Part shown: positions 11,700 to 23,920 of the stretch, piece after piece
How the letters are laid out: the number at the start of each line of letters is the position of its first letter
How positions within the stretch are numbered: the stretch's first letter is position 1
NCBI GenBank assembly: GCA_036630325.1
Contig: CP142731.1
Coordinates: forward strand, 1,054,001-1,118,000
DNA length: 64,000 bases
Direction: 5' to 3'
From: Vairimorpha necatrix
Lineage: Eukaryota
Notes under the pieces: model-generated
Told to the model about the DNA's origin: nothing
What the model saw: only the letters and a program-made list of their open reading frames with translations
The model's database searches: none
Translations under genes and position numbers: made by a program

Positions 11700-12250
11700 A
11701 TCAAGCCATGAAAAAAAATTCTCAAACACCAAAAAATAGGGGGTTGAAAGAAGCGACACAGACGACTAAACTTTTATAGTAAAAAGAAAATTTATCAAAT
11801 CTTCATCGGAAAGACATGGCACAGATTAAAATACAAGGTTGGTAAGGACAATTGATTAGCAAGTATAGAATTTTATAGTACCTGATCTGAATATATAAGA
11901 CGAACAAACTTTGTAAAATATATAAAAAACGAAACGATTGTTATAACTTATAACCATTATTCCTTATCACAAAGCAGTCGAATTAAACCAACACGAACAT
12001 CGAGTTGTATTTCATAATGTAGACCTAAAAAAGAAGCAAAGAGACCAAAAATTATATAAAAGGAGTTTGGTCACATCTAAAAAGTTTTATAAAAACTAGA
12101 AAGGTATATGCTGATGTGGAGAATTCGGATTTTCGGAAAAATATTAGCGGTAAAGAAGATGCGAATTAAATAAAACATTAAGAGTTACAAAGAACCATTG
12201 ATGAATTTATTAAGTTCTCAAAGAATAAAATGCTAACATGATTTATGTTT
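11700..12250 (+). pseudogene. Highly decayed Merlin-like transposase relic
   Basis: Fragments HRVVFHNVD and GVWSHLKSF resemble the VNH...IEG.W end of ISXO2-like transposases; duplicated at ~21150-22810. Confidence 0.4.
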
Positions 12251-12689
12251 TTTTCGTTTCTCTCTAAGAGCCATCCTTTAAAGAAAAAAAAGGTCCAGCT
12301 CAGATCGTTGCCCAAAATATAAATTTAACTTTTGAAATTTTAAAATTACATAGACGCCCATTTAAGCAACATTATTTACAATCCTAGAAGCTTATTTTCG
12401 TCCCGCGAAAGAAAATCATATAAATTATTCTTTATAGTTAATCAGATGATTTTACATGTTTACCTTAAGACTATTGTTGCATATAATCGTATCTGCAAAA
12501 AAAAATATTTAAGTTCGGAAAATTTGTGAGTTTCTTCTATATTTATCTAAAAATTTTTTTAGATAAAATGGAATATAATAAAAAAGATAACCTTTTTTTT
12601 AATTAATCCACATAGTACTACAAGACGAAATAACTCACAATAAATCAAAATCATTTTTTTTCATGTATTAATAGATATATGATCTTATA

Positions 12690-14750
12690 TATAAGTAACC
12701 TGCAAGTAAAGACTATACCTACCTAGATCTAAAATTGGAGAGGCCTCATAAGCACTGAAGATAGAAACGAAAGTATGCTTCTAAATATATGTAAAAAATT
12801 ATATTGGTCTAAAAATAGCATATTAAGACGTGCAACGATACTTAAAGTAGAAGCGGAGAGTAAAGCAGCTCGTTTACAAGCAACGAGTATCTATGGATTA
12901 GGTATAGCTTAGTAGGAGAAATGGTCCAGAAGATACTAATAAAATTCTAGAAAGAAGATTTTACGTCAAATAAGGACAAACCATGGAAAGTATTTAAAGC
13001 TGAGAATAGTTATTTAGTAAGCATTGGGGACTCTTTTACCTGGCTGGTCAGAGGAAACAATCAGGCAGATTCGAAGCAGTTTATTGCTTCTTACAGGATA
13101 AAAATATTTTCTCTGGATAAAAAAGTTAATGCTATCAATGTTGATCACATAAGTGCCGTGAATCATCTAGTTCCCAAGTGTGGTCGAATGTTGAGTTTAT
13201 ATTATATGAAAAACAAGGCTAATTTTCACTTTATCCCCCCTTACCAATATAAATTAAGAATTTTTAAAAAATATCCCTTTTTTCAAAAGTCAAAGTGTCC
13301 AGAGCGGAAAGGAACAAAGAAAAATTTACATAAGTAAAAAAATGGTCTTAGAAATATCTAATTTGAACATAGTTTATAAAAAATATATTATTTAAACCAA
13401 TTTAATAATGTTTTCTAAAAAAATATGAGTTAAATAGAAGTCTAGAATTGTAAAAATATGTTTTAACCTATTGCTTTTATTTGTCATTACAATTAATTTT
13501 TGCCATTGATAAACTTGTTTATACTTCAGTTTATGTTGTTTAAAACAAATTTTAGGTTTGGTTATTCTTAGTTTGGTAGTATATTTATTAGTCTTGTTTT
13601 TTAGGTTTTCATTGGTTTTTCTAGACAAACAGAGAAAAAATAATATTATATTTATGCTCTTTAAAAAATTATTGAATCGTATATAATGTCAGTTTAATAA
13701 GAAATGTTATATTTTAGCTCCAAAAGTAATTTATCACATGCTTGGAAAATTCTTTAATTCTTAAAAAATATTCATTTATAACAGCAAATGAACCTTATAT
13801 AATATTGTTTATGTCGTAGCCCATCAAAAACTAGCCAATCATCTTTCGACAAATGTAAGTATTTGATTGGCCACTAAAACTATTTAAAAACATTTCCAAA
13901 AGAGGGGATGGAAAATTATAATAAACAGTTTGACAGTTTATATAAAGATTTTCGTTGTTATACATTGCAATGTACAATAAAGATAAATCTTGATCAATAA
14001 GTGGAAGAAGGAAATTTTTAAAAAATTGAAAAAAAAACGAAAAAACAATTGTTTTATTTTTGGTAAATATGCTATTTTATTACAACTTTATTTTTTTGAC
14101 TTTTGCTCCTTCACATTTTTTCCGCTTCGAATTTCGAAAAAAAGGGATATTTTTTAAAAATTCTTAATTTATATTGGTAAGGGGGGGAAAAAATAAAAAA
14201 GCTCCAAAAACAGACGAGATAATTAGACGCGGCCATCTCTTACTATGTAAAAGTATGGATTCAAGAAGGGCAAGAAAAATAAGTGACACTCACTACAGAG
14301 ATCACGGAAAATGTTTGCGCGGAAAAAAGAATAGAACGAGGGTTATCACTAAACAAAAGAATGAACCATAATAAGTTGACATTGTTTTGACAAGAAAAAA
14401 GAAATTTGCAAGTTAAAGTTGGTATAGCTAACCAGGTCCGACTCACTATAGTAAATATAGATAAACTAAGAATATGATTTCCTTGCAAATGAAATGGGAC
14501 TAATACATAAATTCCGCACATAAACAGTTCAAATGTAATGACATGGTTTGGAATGGTGAAAGAACACACAGAAACTATATTAGGGAGTAGAAATTCAATT
14601 CTACCTTGAAGCGTACATCCAGTTCTCTGTGCTTAATAAGACTCTAGAGCTTTTCTCTTTGTAACGACGACGAGAATATGAACGAGAAGATGTCAGTTAG
14701 GGATGTAAATTCATTAACAAATATTACGTCTGTTACAGAAGTAGCGGACT
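12690..14750 (+). mobile_element. Decayed RLE-type non-LTR fragment split by a MITE
   Basis: RLYLPRS.IG.GL, WLVRGNN and YYMK lie before 13217 and DEIIRR.HLLLC resumes after 14205; similar to 19690-20700. Confidence 0.8.
13217..14205. mobile_element. Merlin-family non-autonomous element
   Basis: Ends GGCTAATTTTCACTTTATCCCCCC...GCTCC, ~90-bp TIRs related to the element at 23921, near-TSD AAAAACAA/AAAAACAG. Confidence 0.85.
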
Positions 14751-14879
14751 AAAATTCCACTTGTGGCGGTTTGTACTATAAATATTTTATTAAAAAACAC
14801 CTTTTTTGAAAAGTCAAAACGACAAAAAGGAAGAAAAAATAAATCTTTATTATTTGTAAATAAATCACTTTGAAGTTTA

Positions 14880-15650
14880 TCTTAACGCGATTCTTATCAA
14901 TATATCAATAACCATGTTCTTGTTCTGGGCCTTGCTGAAGTGTCATTTTAACTTTACGCCAATTTCTCTTAATGTTTAGTTTGGCAGTTATTGGAATTTT
15001 TTACAAATTCTAGTAAATGATTAACAGTCATATGTTCAGCAAAATAGTGTTTTAATTTAATGTAAAACTTAAAGCAGTTACTGTGTTTTATTTATCAATA
15101 GTAAACAAAATTTTTTAGTTCTTCTAGAGTGTTAGCTTTTTTTAGTATCGAATAAAATAATTGCTATCTTTCTTTTGGCGTTTAAAAACCATTTCAAACA
15201 AATCATTAAACACGAAAAGGCGCATTCTGTGGAATTTAACTTCATAAAATTTGTTTTTATCAATGTCTACTATATTTCCTGTTCTTGCTATTTTAATAAT
15301 AAATTATGAACTTTGTTTACACTTAGAAATTTTTTTTACTATATGTCTAAAAGAAATGAACAATATTAAGACATTCAATTATGGCAATATGTTTAACTTT
15401 CCAAGACCACGCTTTTACACTGATAAATTATTTAAAATACTTGTGTTTTTTATGTTAAAGTGGGGGTGTCTTTGGATAATCCCACTTTGATACTACAAGC
15501 TTACAAAGTATATGGCGGTAAATTTATTTTTTGTAGTTGTTTTACAATTAGCATCGCATCTTAAACACTTACAGTCTTATTTTTGATTGCTGTTGTAAAA
15601 AAAAATTTATAAATCCTCTTCTTTTCTTTCCGTTTTTTAGTAATAAGATG
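14880..15650 (-). pseudogene. Decayed Merlin (ISXO2-like) transposase relic
   Basis: Broken frames KIARTGNIVDIDKNKF...FHR, HMTVNHLLEFV and RNWRKVK. Confidence 0.65.
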
Positions 15651-15879
15651 ACAAATTTGTTTCTATAATATTTTTTGAACACATGGTAGAAAGCTCCGAG
15701 GTGGCGTCTTTAAGGAGATGAACCTGAAAATTAGGAGTTGAAAAACAAAAAATAAACTTTGCAGAAACTATAGTATGTAAAGGCCGAATTCATCAACGAT
15801 GCCGAACAAGCTGTGCCTCATACATCTAAACAAAAAAATCGACATGATTAATTATATGTTTTTGTTTAGATGAAAATTT

Positions 15880-16735
15880 GAAGCTTTCCCACTTTAGTCC
15901 CCCCCCTTACATATATAAATACAAATTTTCAAAAAATATCCCTGATTTTTGAAAATCGAAACGGACAGAACGGGAAGGAGAAAAATACAAAAAAAAATCT
16001 AATAAAACAACATAATAACCAAAAATAAACAAATTATTTTTTTTATTTTTTCAATTTCCTTAATATTTCATTATAGTTCTGACTTGATCAAATCCTCTAC
16101 TTATTATACATAAATTTGTATAATAAAAAGATATATTATTGAATATGTATAATAAATAATAACATAACTATGTTATAATGTAATAATAAAAAATCAATAA
16201 GAATTTTTTTTCTATATTAATAAATTAAATTAATCTTATAGCAGTTTATCTTTAAAATTCATAATTTTAATCTTATATAATATATATGAATGATTAAAAA
16301 TACATAAATATGAAAATTTTCCTCTTCATTTGTTTATAAAAAACAATCAATTACCTAAAATACTAATATTTTATATAAATATTTAAAATAATAAGAACCA
16401 AACCTAAAATCTGTATTAAACATCATAAATGGATGAAAAACATAAGTTTTAACACGGAAATATGATAATAATGACAGAAGAAAATAATTTTCTTTTTATG
16501 TAATTAGACATCTATTTAATCATAATTTTGATAAAATAATTATAATAATTGTTTTATTATTATGTTTTACATGGAATATGATCAAAATAGAACTTATTAT
16601 AACTATTATATACTACTTTATAAATTTTATATTTTCTCCTTCCCGTTCTGTCCGTTTCGATTTTCAAAAATCAGGGATATTTTTTGAAAATTTGTATTTA
16701 TATATGTAAGGGGGGGACTAAAGTGGTTTTTGGCC
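15880..16735. mobile_element. Merlin-family MITE
   Basis: Near-perfect ~95-bp inverted repeats (15889-15985 vs 16631-16726), AT-rich interior, flanking duplication TGAAAATTT at 15871-15879 and 16736-16744. Confidence 0.92.
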
Positions 16736-17019
16736 TGAAAATTTTTAATTTTTCAAATAAAATCATCCATTATAAAATAGCTATACAAAATAGGGACTCA
16801 TAAAATATGTAATATATGCCTTTAAATTATAATGACAATTTTCTCTGTATATATAGTGTTTTACAAGGTCATTTCATATCTTTAACTACTGTACACAGAA
16901 ACAGTGGTCAAGTGGTAAAAATATTTACATTTAAAAAGCACAAGCAATTAAAATAAACTAAAGGAATAAACTAATTTTTTAGTGAAATTAAGCAATATTG
17001 AAACCTTTATACTATTTAT

Positions 17020-17970
17020 TTAGTCAACTAATTTTTTTTCTTTTTTTGTTCTCATTACTTCAAGATTTGACACAATTCGCTTACAATCTTCTTCGAGTCT
17101 TTCCAAATACCGATATAAAGAATTTAATTTTTTTTCTATCTTTCTTAATGGCTTTATTTCATGATTTAGCGATACATTCAGACATCTCATTTGCAATAAT
17201 TTGTTCAAAATTTCAATCTTTTCAATTAGATTAAATTCTTTATATAAGAAGTCGAGTCGTTCATACATTTTCCCGTAAACTGAAATTAAAAATGAAGTAT
17301 TGTGGCGGTATTTTACTTGGGTTGATGACGCCATATTGATTATGTAGTCAATGCAAAGTTTAAAAAAAAGAATTTGGTCGTATAACAATTTTTTTTTCAT
17401 TTTCATGTTTTGATAGTTTTTTATGAATTTCTTGATTTCAATGTATTCATTGTTTAAATTTTTATAAAATTTATAAAAATAGTTATAAATTGATTTTTTG
17501 GTTGATTTATAAATAGCAAGTTCCTTTGGTGCACTTGCATTCACTTTTATAAAATTGTTATCTTTTACCTTATTGTCTTCGTCATTCCATTCTTTAATTT
17601 TTCTTTCTAGTGTCTGAACTAACAATTTCCAATCATCCCCAGAGTTATGAATTTTTTCATTATTATTATTATTAATTTGACTTGTGTCTTTAGACTTTAT
17701 TCTTTTATTCCCAGAATCTACTTCGGGAAGATTATCTTTAGTGTCATTGGATTCTAAGAATACTGGTTTTAAATGACAACTTTGTGTTGCCTTACATAAA
17801 ACATATAATTTCTTTCTTTTTTTAAATGGTAAATTTTTATCATCCATTAATGTGTATGTTGACGTTTTGTTTTGATTATATTGTGCCAAACTATCTGATT
17901 GCGCAATTTGTGATTCGTCTGTCTGATTAAAAGATCTAGTACATATCGTTAAAAAAATATATTGAAACAT
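17020..17970 (-). CDS. Putative secreted protein, family A paralog 3 (316 aa)
   Basis: Close paralog of 9512-10468; LPFKKRK at residue 47; CCCC motif before the ATG. Confidence 0.9.
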   Translation of the reverse strand: MFQYIFLTICTRSFNQTDESQIAQSDSLAQYNQNKTSTYTLMDDKNLPFKKRKKLYVLCKATQSCHLKPVFLESNDTKDNLPEVDSGNKRIKSKDTSQINNNNNEKIHNSGDDWKLLVQTLERKIKEWNDEDNKVKDNNFIKVNASAPKELAIYKSTKKSIYNYFYKFYKNLNNEYIEIKKFIKNYQNMKMKKKLLYDQILFFKLCIDYIINMASSTQVKYRHNTSFLISVYGKMYERLDFLYKEFNLIEKIEILNKLLQMRCLNVSLNHEIKPLRKIEKKLNSLYRYLERLEEDCKRIVSNLEVMRTKKEKKLVD

Positions 17971-18097
17971 ATTAGGGGTGCAAATTTTTTAATAATATAT
18001 CAAAAGAATTTTTTGAAAATCAAAAAAATTACAAAACTGCTTTTATGTTAAATATACGTGTTGGCATCACAACTATAAAAATTAAAAAACGTCCATA

Positions 18098-18213
18098 TGT
18101 CAAATCTCAAACAAAGCATGTCAAATATCACATACAATGTATGTCAAATCTCGTGCAAATCAGGTCAAACATCTTGTTCGCGCTGTCAACTATCAAGTGC
18201 GCTCGTGTCAAAT
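18098..18213. promoter_or_regulatory. Phased TGTCAAAT motif array upstream of paralog 3
   Basis: Sites at 18098, 18119, 18142, 18163, 18184 and 18206. Confidence 0.6.
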
Positions 18214-19068
18214 CTCAACTAAAAAGGAAAAAAAAGAATATTTATAAATATGTTCCAAGTATAAAGATACTATCATTTGAAAAAATTATTGTTATATAGT
18301 CCAATTTTATAAAATATAAAAATAAACTTGTAAAAGGAGAAGGGAAACATAGGATGAAAGAAGAAACACCATTGAAAGGCAGTGTAGAGGCCATCAGTAA
18401 CAATTAAAATAAAAATTAATTTTAACATAGCAGCCCTAAAGATACAGGACATTATGTTTGTAAATTATTGATAAGTTGTTAATTTCGATATTAGTAACCC
18501 TTAAAAAAAAATTTAAATCGCATATTATATAAAGATTTCAGGTTTTTAATTGCAAAACCTATTGTAGCCAATGGTTATATTTATTTAATCCGACTTTTTA
18601 AATAAGTATAAGGTAAAAGTAACTATTTTTACCAATATAAAACAATTTTTTATAAATGATTTAGGCTTAACGCTCTCAGCCCGTACTTTCCCTATTTTTT
18701 TTGCGCACTAAATCTGGGCTCAGACAGTAAAGTGGGGAAATGTTTTTACGAATCATATACCCAGAAGTCGAAATTTTAAAAATTTCACTTTTAAATTATA
18801 AATTTGAATAGTTTTCTAAGATCTTTACAAAAACGTGCACCCTTATGGTATATTTTGACTGATCGACAATAATTCATAAATTCAGAGAACCATATGAGGT
18901 AATATATTGGCTAGTGAGCGAATCTAGAAAAAAACGATATAATTACTGAATTATTTTAGTACAATTTTATTGACACGAGACGACCAGTGCAAGGTTGACA
19001 CGGGTTGAGTTTGGAAAAAGACGAGGTATCGAACATCAATTTAAGGTTTTGATCTTCCATACATATAT

Positions 19069-19425
19069 AATTTATTTGGGTATAATATTCGGCTTATTCA
19101 TTACTTTTCACAAGATACGCTTACAGTCTCGTCTGGCAGTTCCAGGACTTCCTTCTGAGATTCACTCATTGGGCTCTCGAAGACCCTTCCTGATCTGTAT
19201 CAAGCCCATGCCTGGCTGACATAGTTAGGCTTTCTAAAGTCATTTTAAGGACTCTTGACTGCATATATGCTTCCGTTCTGGGTTCTTATATGAGCACTTT
19301 GATATGCGTAGAGTGAAAATTAGTTACTATTCCATCCCACGTCATCACATAAGGAATAATTTTCGGCTTGTATTTGTAGAGAGAAGCCACATGATTTGCG
19401 AGCAAGTCGTATTTATGTTTCTTTT
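19069..19425 (-). mobile_element. 3' end of an RLE-type non-LTR retrotransposon (subfamily 2)
   Basis: KHKYDLLANHVASLYKYKPKIIPYVMTWDGIVT...EAYMQSRVLKMTLES; highly similar to 41380-41630. Confidence 0.85.
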
Positions 19426-19479
19426 CTGTTTTACTTATATACATATATATATAATTATGTATGTATTTTGTATTTTTTT

Positions 19480-20890
19480 AAGAGAGACTTTTGAAAAAGT
19501 AAGAAATGAGATCTACAGAGAGTTGAAAAACTGTGCAAGACTCAATTAAATGTAAGAATATATTTCGAGCTATAAACTTGCATGCAATATCAGTAATACT
19601 TCTTGTAGGACTATTATAATTAGAACCAATAGATTTCAAAGTCTCGATTTTGATATCCGACAGGTGCTTATCAAGTACCAGGTTCATCTACAGCCAGCCT
19701 GCAAAGAAATACTATACCTACCTAAATCATAAATTGGTAGAGGCCTTATAAGCATCGAAGATAGAAGTGAAAGTATGCTTCTGAATAGTATAAAACATTA
19801 GATGAGTCAAAAATGGCTCACTAAGGCGGGCAAAGATACTTAAAGTAGATGCAGAGAGCAAATCAACTTGTTTACGATTAACGAGTATCTGAGAATTAGG
19901 TATAGCTTTGTAGGAGAGATAACCCAGAAGATGCTAATAGAATTCCAAAAAAAAATTGAAATAAGAACAAACCATGGAAAGTTGTTTAAAGATAGAGACA
20001 ATGATTTAGTAACCATCAGAGCCTCTTCTACCTGGCTAGTTAAAGGGAATAATCAGGCTAGAACCAAAGCAATTTACTGCTATCTACGGGATAGAAATAT
20101 TTTCTGTGGACAAGAGGGACAATGTCCCCATTGTGGATCTCATAGGATGACCGTGGATCATTTAGCTACCAAGTGTGATCGAATGTTGGGTTTTGATTAT
20201 ATGAAAAGACAAAACGAGGTAGTAAGATGCATTCATCTCTTACTATGTATTAAATAAGGGATAATGAAGACAAAGAAAATACGTGGACACTCAGTACAAG
20301 AGATCATGGAAAATGATCGTACAGAAATAAGAGTAGATATGAGAATATCCACAAATATAAAGAGGACCCATAATAAGCCTAATATTCTTGTGTTTGACAA
20401 GAAGAAGAAAGAAATTTTAATAGTTGAAGTTGGTATAACCAATCATTATCGACTTACTATAGTCGAGAACGAAAAACTAAGAAAATATGACCTTAGCAAA
20501 TTAACTGGGACTAATACATAAATCTCGGACAAGAACAGTTCCTTTTGTAAGACATGGGATGGAGTGGTGACCAAATATCATAGAAAGTGGATCAGGAAGC
20601 TGGAAATCTAACTCTACCTGGAAGCATACATCCAGTATGTTGTGATGAAGAAGACTCTAGAGTTCATCTAGTTGGAACGACGACGAGGATACGATCAGGA
20701 GGATGCAGAAGAAGAAGTGGCTAGAGCTGTATGCGCACTAGAGAATATGGTGACTGTATAAGAAGTGGTGTTGGCAAAGGGGAATGAAGCAAAAAAGTGA
20801 AGTTGGAAAATATTAATAATCTCGCAGAAACCAAAGTTTGTGAAGAGCTGAATCCCATGAGCAATACCAGGGGAAGATGTGCTATGAATA
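19480..20890 (+). mobile_element. 5'-truncated, frameshifted RLE-type non-LTR retrotransposon (R4/Dong-like)
   Basis: RT-thumb region (LYLPK...GRGL), CPHC...TVDHLATKC zinc motif, KRQNEVVRCIH, NKPNILVFD...IVEVG...KLRKYD restriction-like endonuclease. Clade name is an inference. Confidence 0.88.
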
Positions 20891-21008
20891 TCTAAGCTCA
20901 ATGATAAATTAGCTCAATTAATCTTTTGATTTTTTATAACTAGTATTATATTTTATGGGCCAAAAAAACATTTTAGACTAAAATTGGCCTCTTAGAAAAG
21001 CATAAATT

Positions 21009-21011
<3 letters not shown>

Positions 21012-21039
<28 letters not shown>
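21012..21039. repeat. (AT)14 microsatellite
   Basis: Read directly from the sequence. Confidence 0.95.
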
Positions 21040-21043
<4 letters not shown>

Positions 21044-21538
21044 GATCATATTTCTCTTACTTTATTCTAAAGAATAATTTTGATTTATTGTTAGTTTTGA
21101 GAATATATATATTCAATAAATTTAACCCTTAACTTACATGTATCATTAACATGTGGAGAGTAAAAAAAATTTTTAAACACCAAAAAAATAGGGGGTTTAA
21201 AGAAACGACACAGAAGACGAAATGGTTATAGTAAAAAGGAAATTTATCAAATCTTCGTCGGAAAAATGTGGCACAGTTTTTAATACAAGGTTGGTGGGGA
21301 CAATGGACGAGCAAGCATAGAATTATATTGATAAAGTACCTGATCTGAATATTTATATACTAAGACAATTTTTTTTAAATATATAAAAAACAAACGACTG
21401 TTATAACTTATAACCATAATTTCTTTCACAAAGCAGTCGAATTTATCAACGACGAACATTGAGTTGTATTTCATAATGTAGACCTAAAAACGAAGCAAAG
21501 ATACAAAAATTTAATATAAAGAGTGCAGTCACATCTGT

Positions 21539-22646
21539 GGTTAAGTTTAGATGGTACCCCCCCCCCCACTTTAAAAAATAAAAAAAAAAAGACAAAACAT
21601 AAATTTATTCAATTAATTCAAAATCAAATTTAGGCGCTAAATCGCAATTTAAAAATGTATGTTATTAATTTCAAAAAAGCTTAACATTTTTTCAAGCAGT
21701 TATTCTCTATAAATTAACTTAAAACGAGCTATATAAAGTTTTCATAGTAGATTAATTAAAAACCATGGCAAGTTCGATCTTTGCGCAATTCCCTTAATAT
21801 AACAGACCACATTCCCTCAATTGTTTGGGCGTGGGCGTCTGTTGTTGAATTTATAAAATTTTGGCTATGATTTACAGTTACATGCAAATAGTTATAATCC
21901 GGACATAGTTCCGAAAACCCTTCATAACCCCGCCAACAATCAGTAATAATTGCAGAACCGGGTGCAATTTTTCGTTTTATTAAATCGACAAGAGTATTTC
22001 TTGATCGATTTTCAACAAATTCGAAAAAAAAGAATTGCTGTCTCCACTTACTACTCCACCAACAGCCCAAACTTGGTATTGAAGGATTATACCGTTATGT
22101 TTTTTACTTATAACAAGCAATGTCTCGTCTATTTCAAATACGCAATTTAAACCACCTAGGGTTTTGTTTTTTATGTAGTTGAAATAGGATAAGAATACAG
22201 CGTTATTAAAACGCGTAAACCAGCGAGATACGGTACTACTATCTATATCCAATTCGATAGTATCCGAAACATTGCTTACACCTTTAACCTATTCACACAG
22301 CAAAATTAAAAGATCTTCGATATCTAATCTAGAACTCTTAAAAATGCTTTGTTTGTAAATGTTACCTTCGTTTGAACATTTTCACCCATTTCGTCGTAAG
22401 TAACAATGATATTTGTCCAAATTATTTTTAATTTTGGTCATGGGTTTCATGCACTTGCTGCACGTCGGTACCTTTATTATATTTCTTTCAAGAAGAAAAA
22501 AAAATAATTCCTCTTTTTTATATATTAATTTTCTAAAATTCTTGATGTTCATTTTAGGGGTATAATTTTATTTCTTTTTATTTTTTTCCCTTTTTTTTAT
22601 TTTTTTAGGGGTTGGGGTTGGGGGGGGGGGGTAACATTGCAACTTA
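21539..22646 (-). mobile_element. Merlin DNA transposon with frameshifted ISXO2-like transposase
   Basis: EIDET, WAVGGV, IITDCWRGY, VNHSQNF, TIEGMW; ATG 22552 after CCCC. Short TIRs with poly-C/poly-G, TSD ACATCTGT (21531-21538 and 22647-22654), empty site near 12073. Confidence 0.92.
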
Positions 22647-22998
22647 ACATCTGTAAAGTTATATAATATCTAGAAAGGAATTAATATGAGGCGATTATGG
22701 ATTTTCGGAATAATATAAACAAAAAAAGAGTCGAATTAATAAAAACATCAAGAGTTACAAAGCACCCTTGATGAATTACAAAGTTCTCAAAGAATAAAAT
22801 GCCAACATGATTTTTTTTTATGTTTCATTCTAAGAGCCATTCTGAAAAGAAAAAAGAAAGTCCAGGCAGAACCGTTGCCCAAAATATACATTATACTTGA
22901 AAAATTTTAAAATTACATGGTGACCATTTATGTAACATTATTTGCAATCCTAGAATCTTATTTCCAGTCAAAGAAGAAACTCATATATATATATATTC

Positions 22999-23790
22999 TT
23001 TTTTTTTTTCTATGCAATTAAGAGTCAAGGGGAAACCTTACATAGGGACCAGAGCGATTTGAGAGTGATCTTCATATTTGATACTGTCAAATTCTAACTC
23101 ACCAAAACTCCTCCATACAACTTGCCGGTGCAGCAAGCTCCGCCGTATCCATTGACATTGGCTCCAGGAGAACACTTTTCATTTATACCTCAAATCGCGT
23201 CCAGAGTGACCTCACGGCGGATATACTTAACGAGCATAGTTATCGTTAACCCGAGGAGAGACATCATCGTACTGACTCAAAGGTCATTACAATCATCTGT
23301 ATTGCACACACGGCTCTTTACACGACCACATTTTAGCCCGCCGGTTTTATTGGGCTGCGTTGACCACCATTCTCCCACTAGTTTCGGCCACCGTGTTACA
23401 GAATCATGTAGGATAGGGTCCACGAGACCTTTTATTACCCCACTTCGTCTAGTCTCTTAGTTAGCTCTAGGATCCCACTCTAGAGTGCACCAGCCATGGG
23501 CTCCAACTATGCCGTACCCATTAGATACTTTTATGTATCATTATATCACCACAAGGGTGATACTGCTTTTTTTGGCTTTGAGGTGCGTTTCTACATTAGA
23601 TGCTAATCTCTTTGTGGCTGGACACACACAAGTTTCATTGAATCAATTTAATGATTATCGTGGACATTTTCATCATCTGAGTTGTTCCAACTGCATAATA
23701 TTAAGTAGAAACCATTTTTGTGCCCCTGGGAATCGAACACAGCATTTGCTCAATTGAAGCATTGCCTTCTACCACTGGGCTAAGGGCACC
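22999..23790 (-). mobile_element. tRNA-headed SINE-like element (~790 bp)
   Basis: tRNA-like head with A and B boxes, GC-richer hairpin-rich body, A11 tail (T11 at 22999-23009 on +). No clear TSD. Confidence 0.7.
23720..23790 (-). ncRNA. tRNA-like Pol III promoter head (not a canonical tRNA)
   Basis: GTGCCC...GGGCAC stem, A box TAGCCCAGTGG, B box GTTCGATTCC; anticodon arm is non-canonical. Confidence 0.75.
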
Positions 23791-23920
23791 TTGTGTAATC
23801 ATTTTGATTAGTCAAAACATATCACAAAAATAGAGATGAACACTTGAAGAATATTAAATTATGATTAGTTACAGATTTTTAAAAAAAAATAAGAGTAAAT
23901 TCTAAAGGATTTGTAAATAA

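Larger units (their letters stand above)
9350..12430. repeat. Segmental duplication unit, paralogous to ~16860-19065 + 21150-21538 + 22647-22998
   Basis: Colinear similarity across the gene, its upstream region and flanks; the second copy is interrupted by TE insertions. Confidence 0.9.

Noticed and set aside
23380..23680. Hammerhead ribozyme, C/D snoRNA or telomerase RNA within the SINE body
   Set aside because: GAAAC and ATGATGA occur, but no CUGANGA core, no box D partner and no TTAGG-type template were found.
23122..23757. Two + strand ORFs (112 and 90 aa)
   Set aside because: Non-ATG starts and no motifs; explained by the higher GC of the SINE-like element.
23720..23790. Functional tRNA gene
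   Set aside because: 6-bp acceptor stem, mismatched T-stem, no canonical U33 anticodon loop and no downstream T-run terminator.
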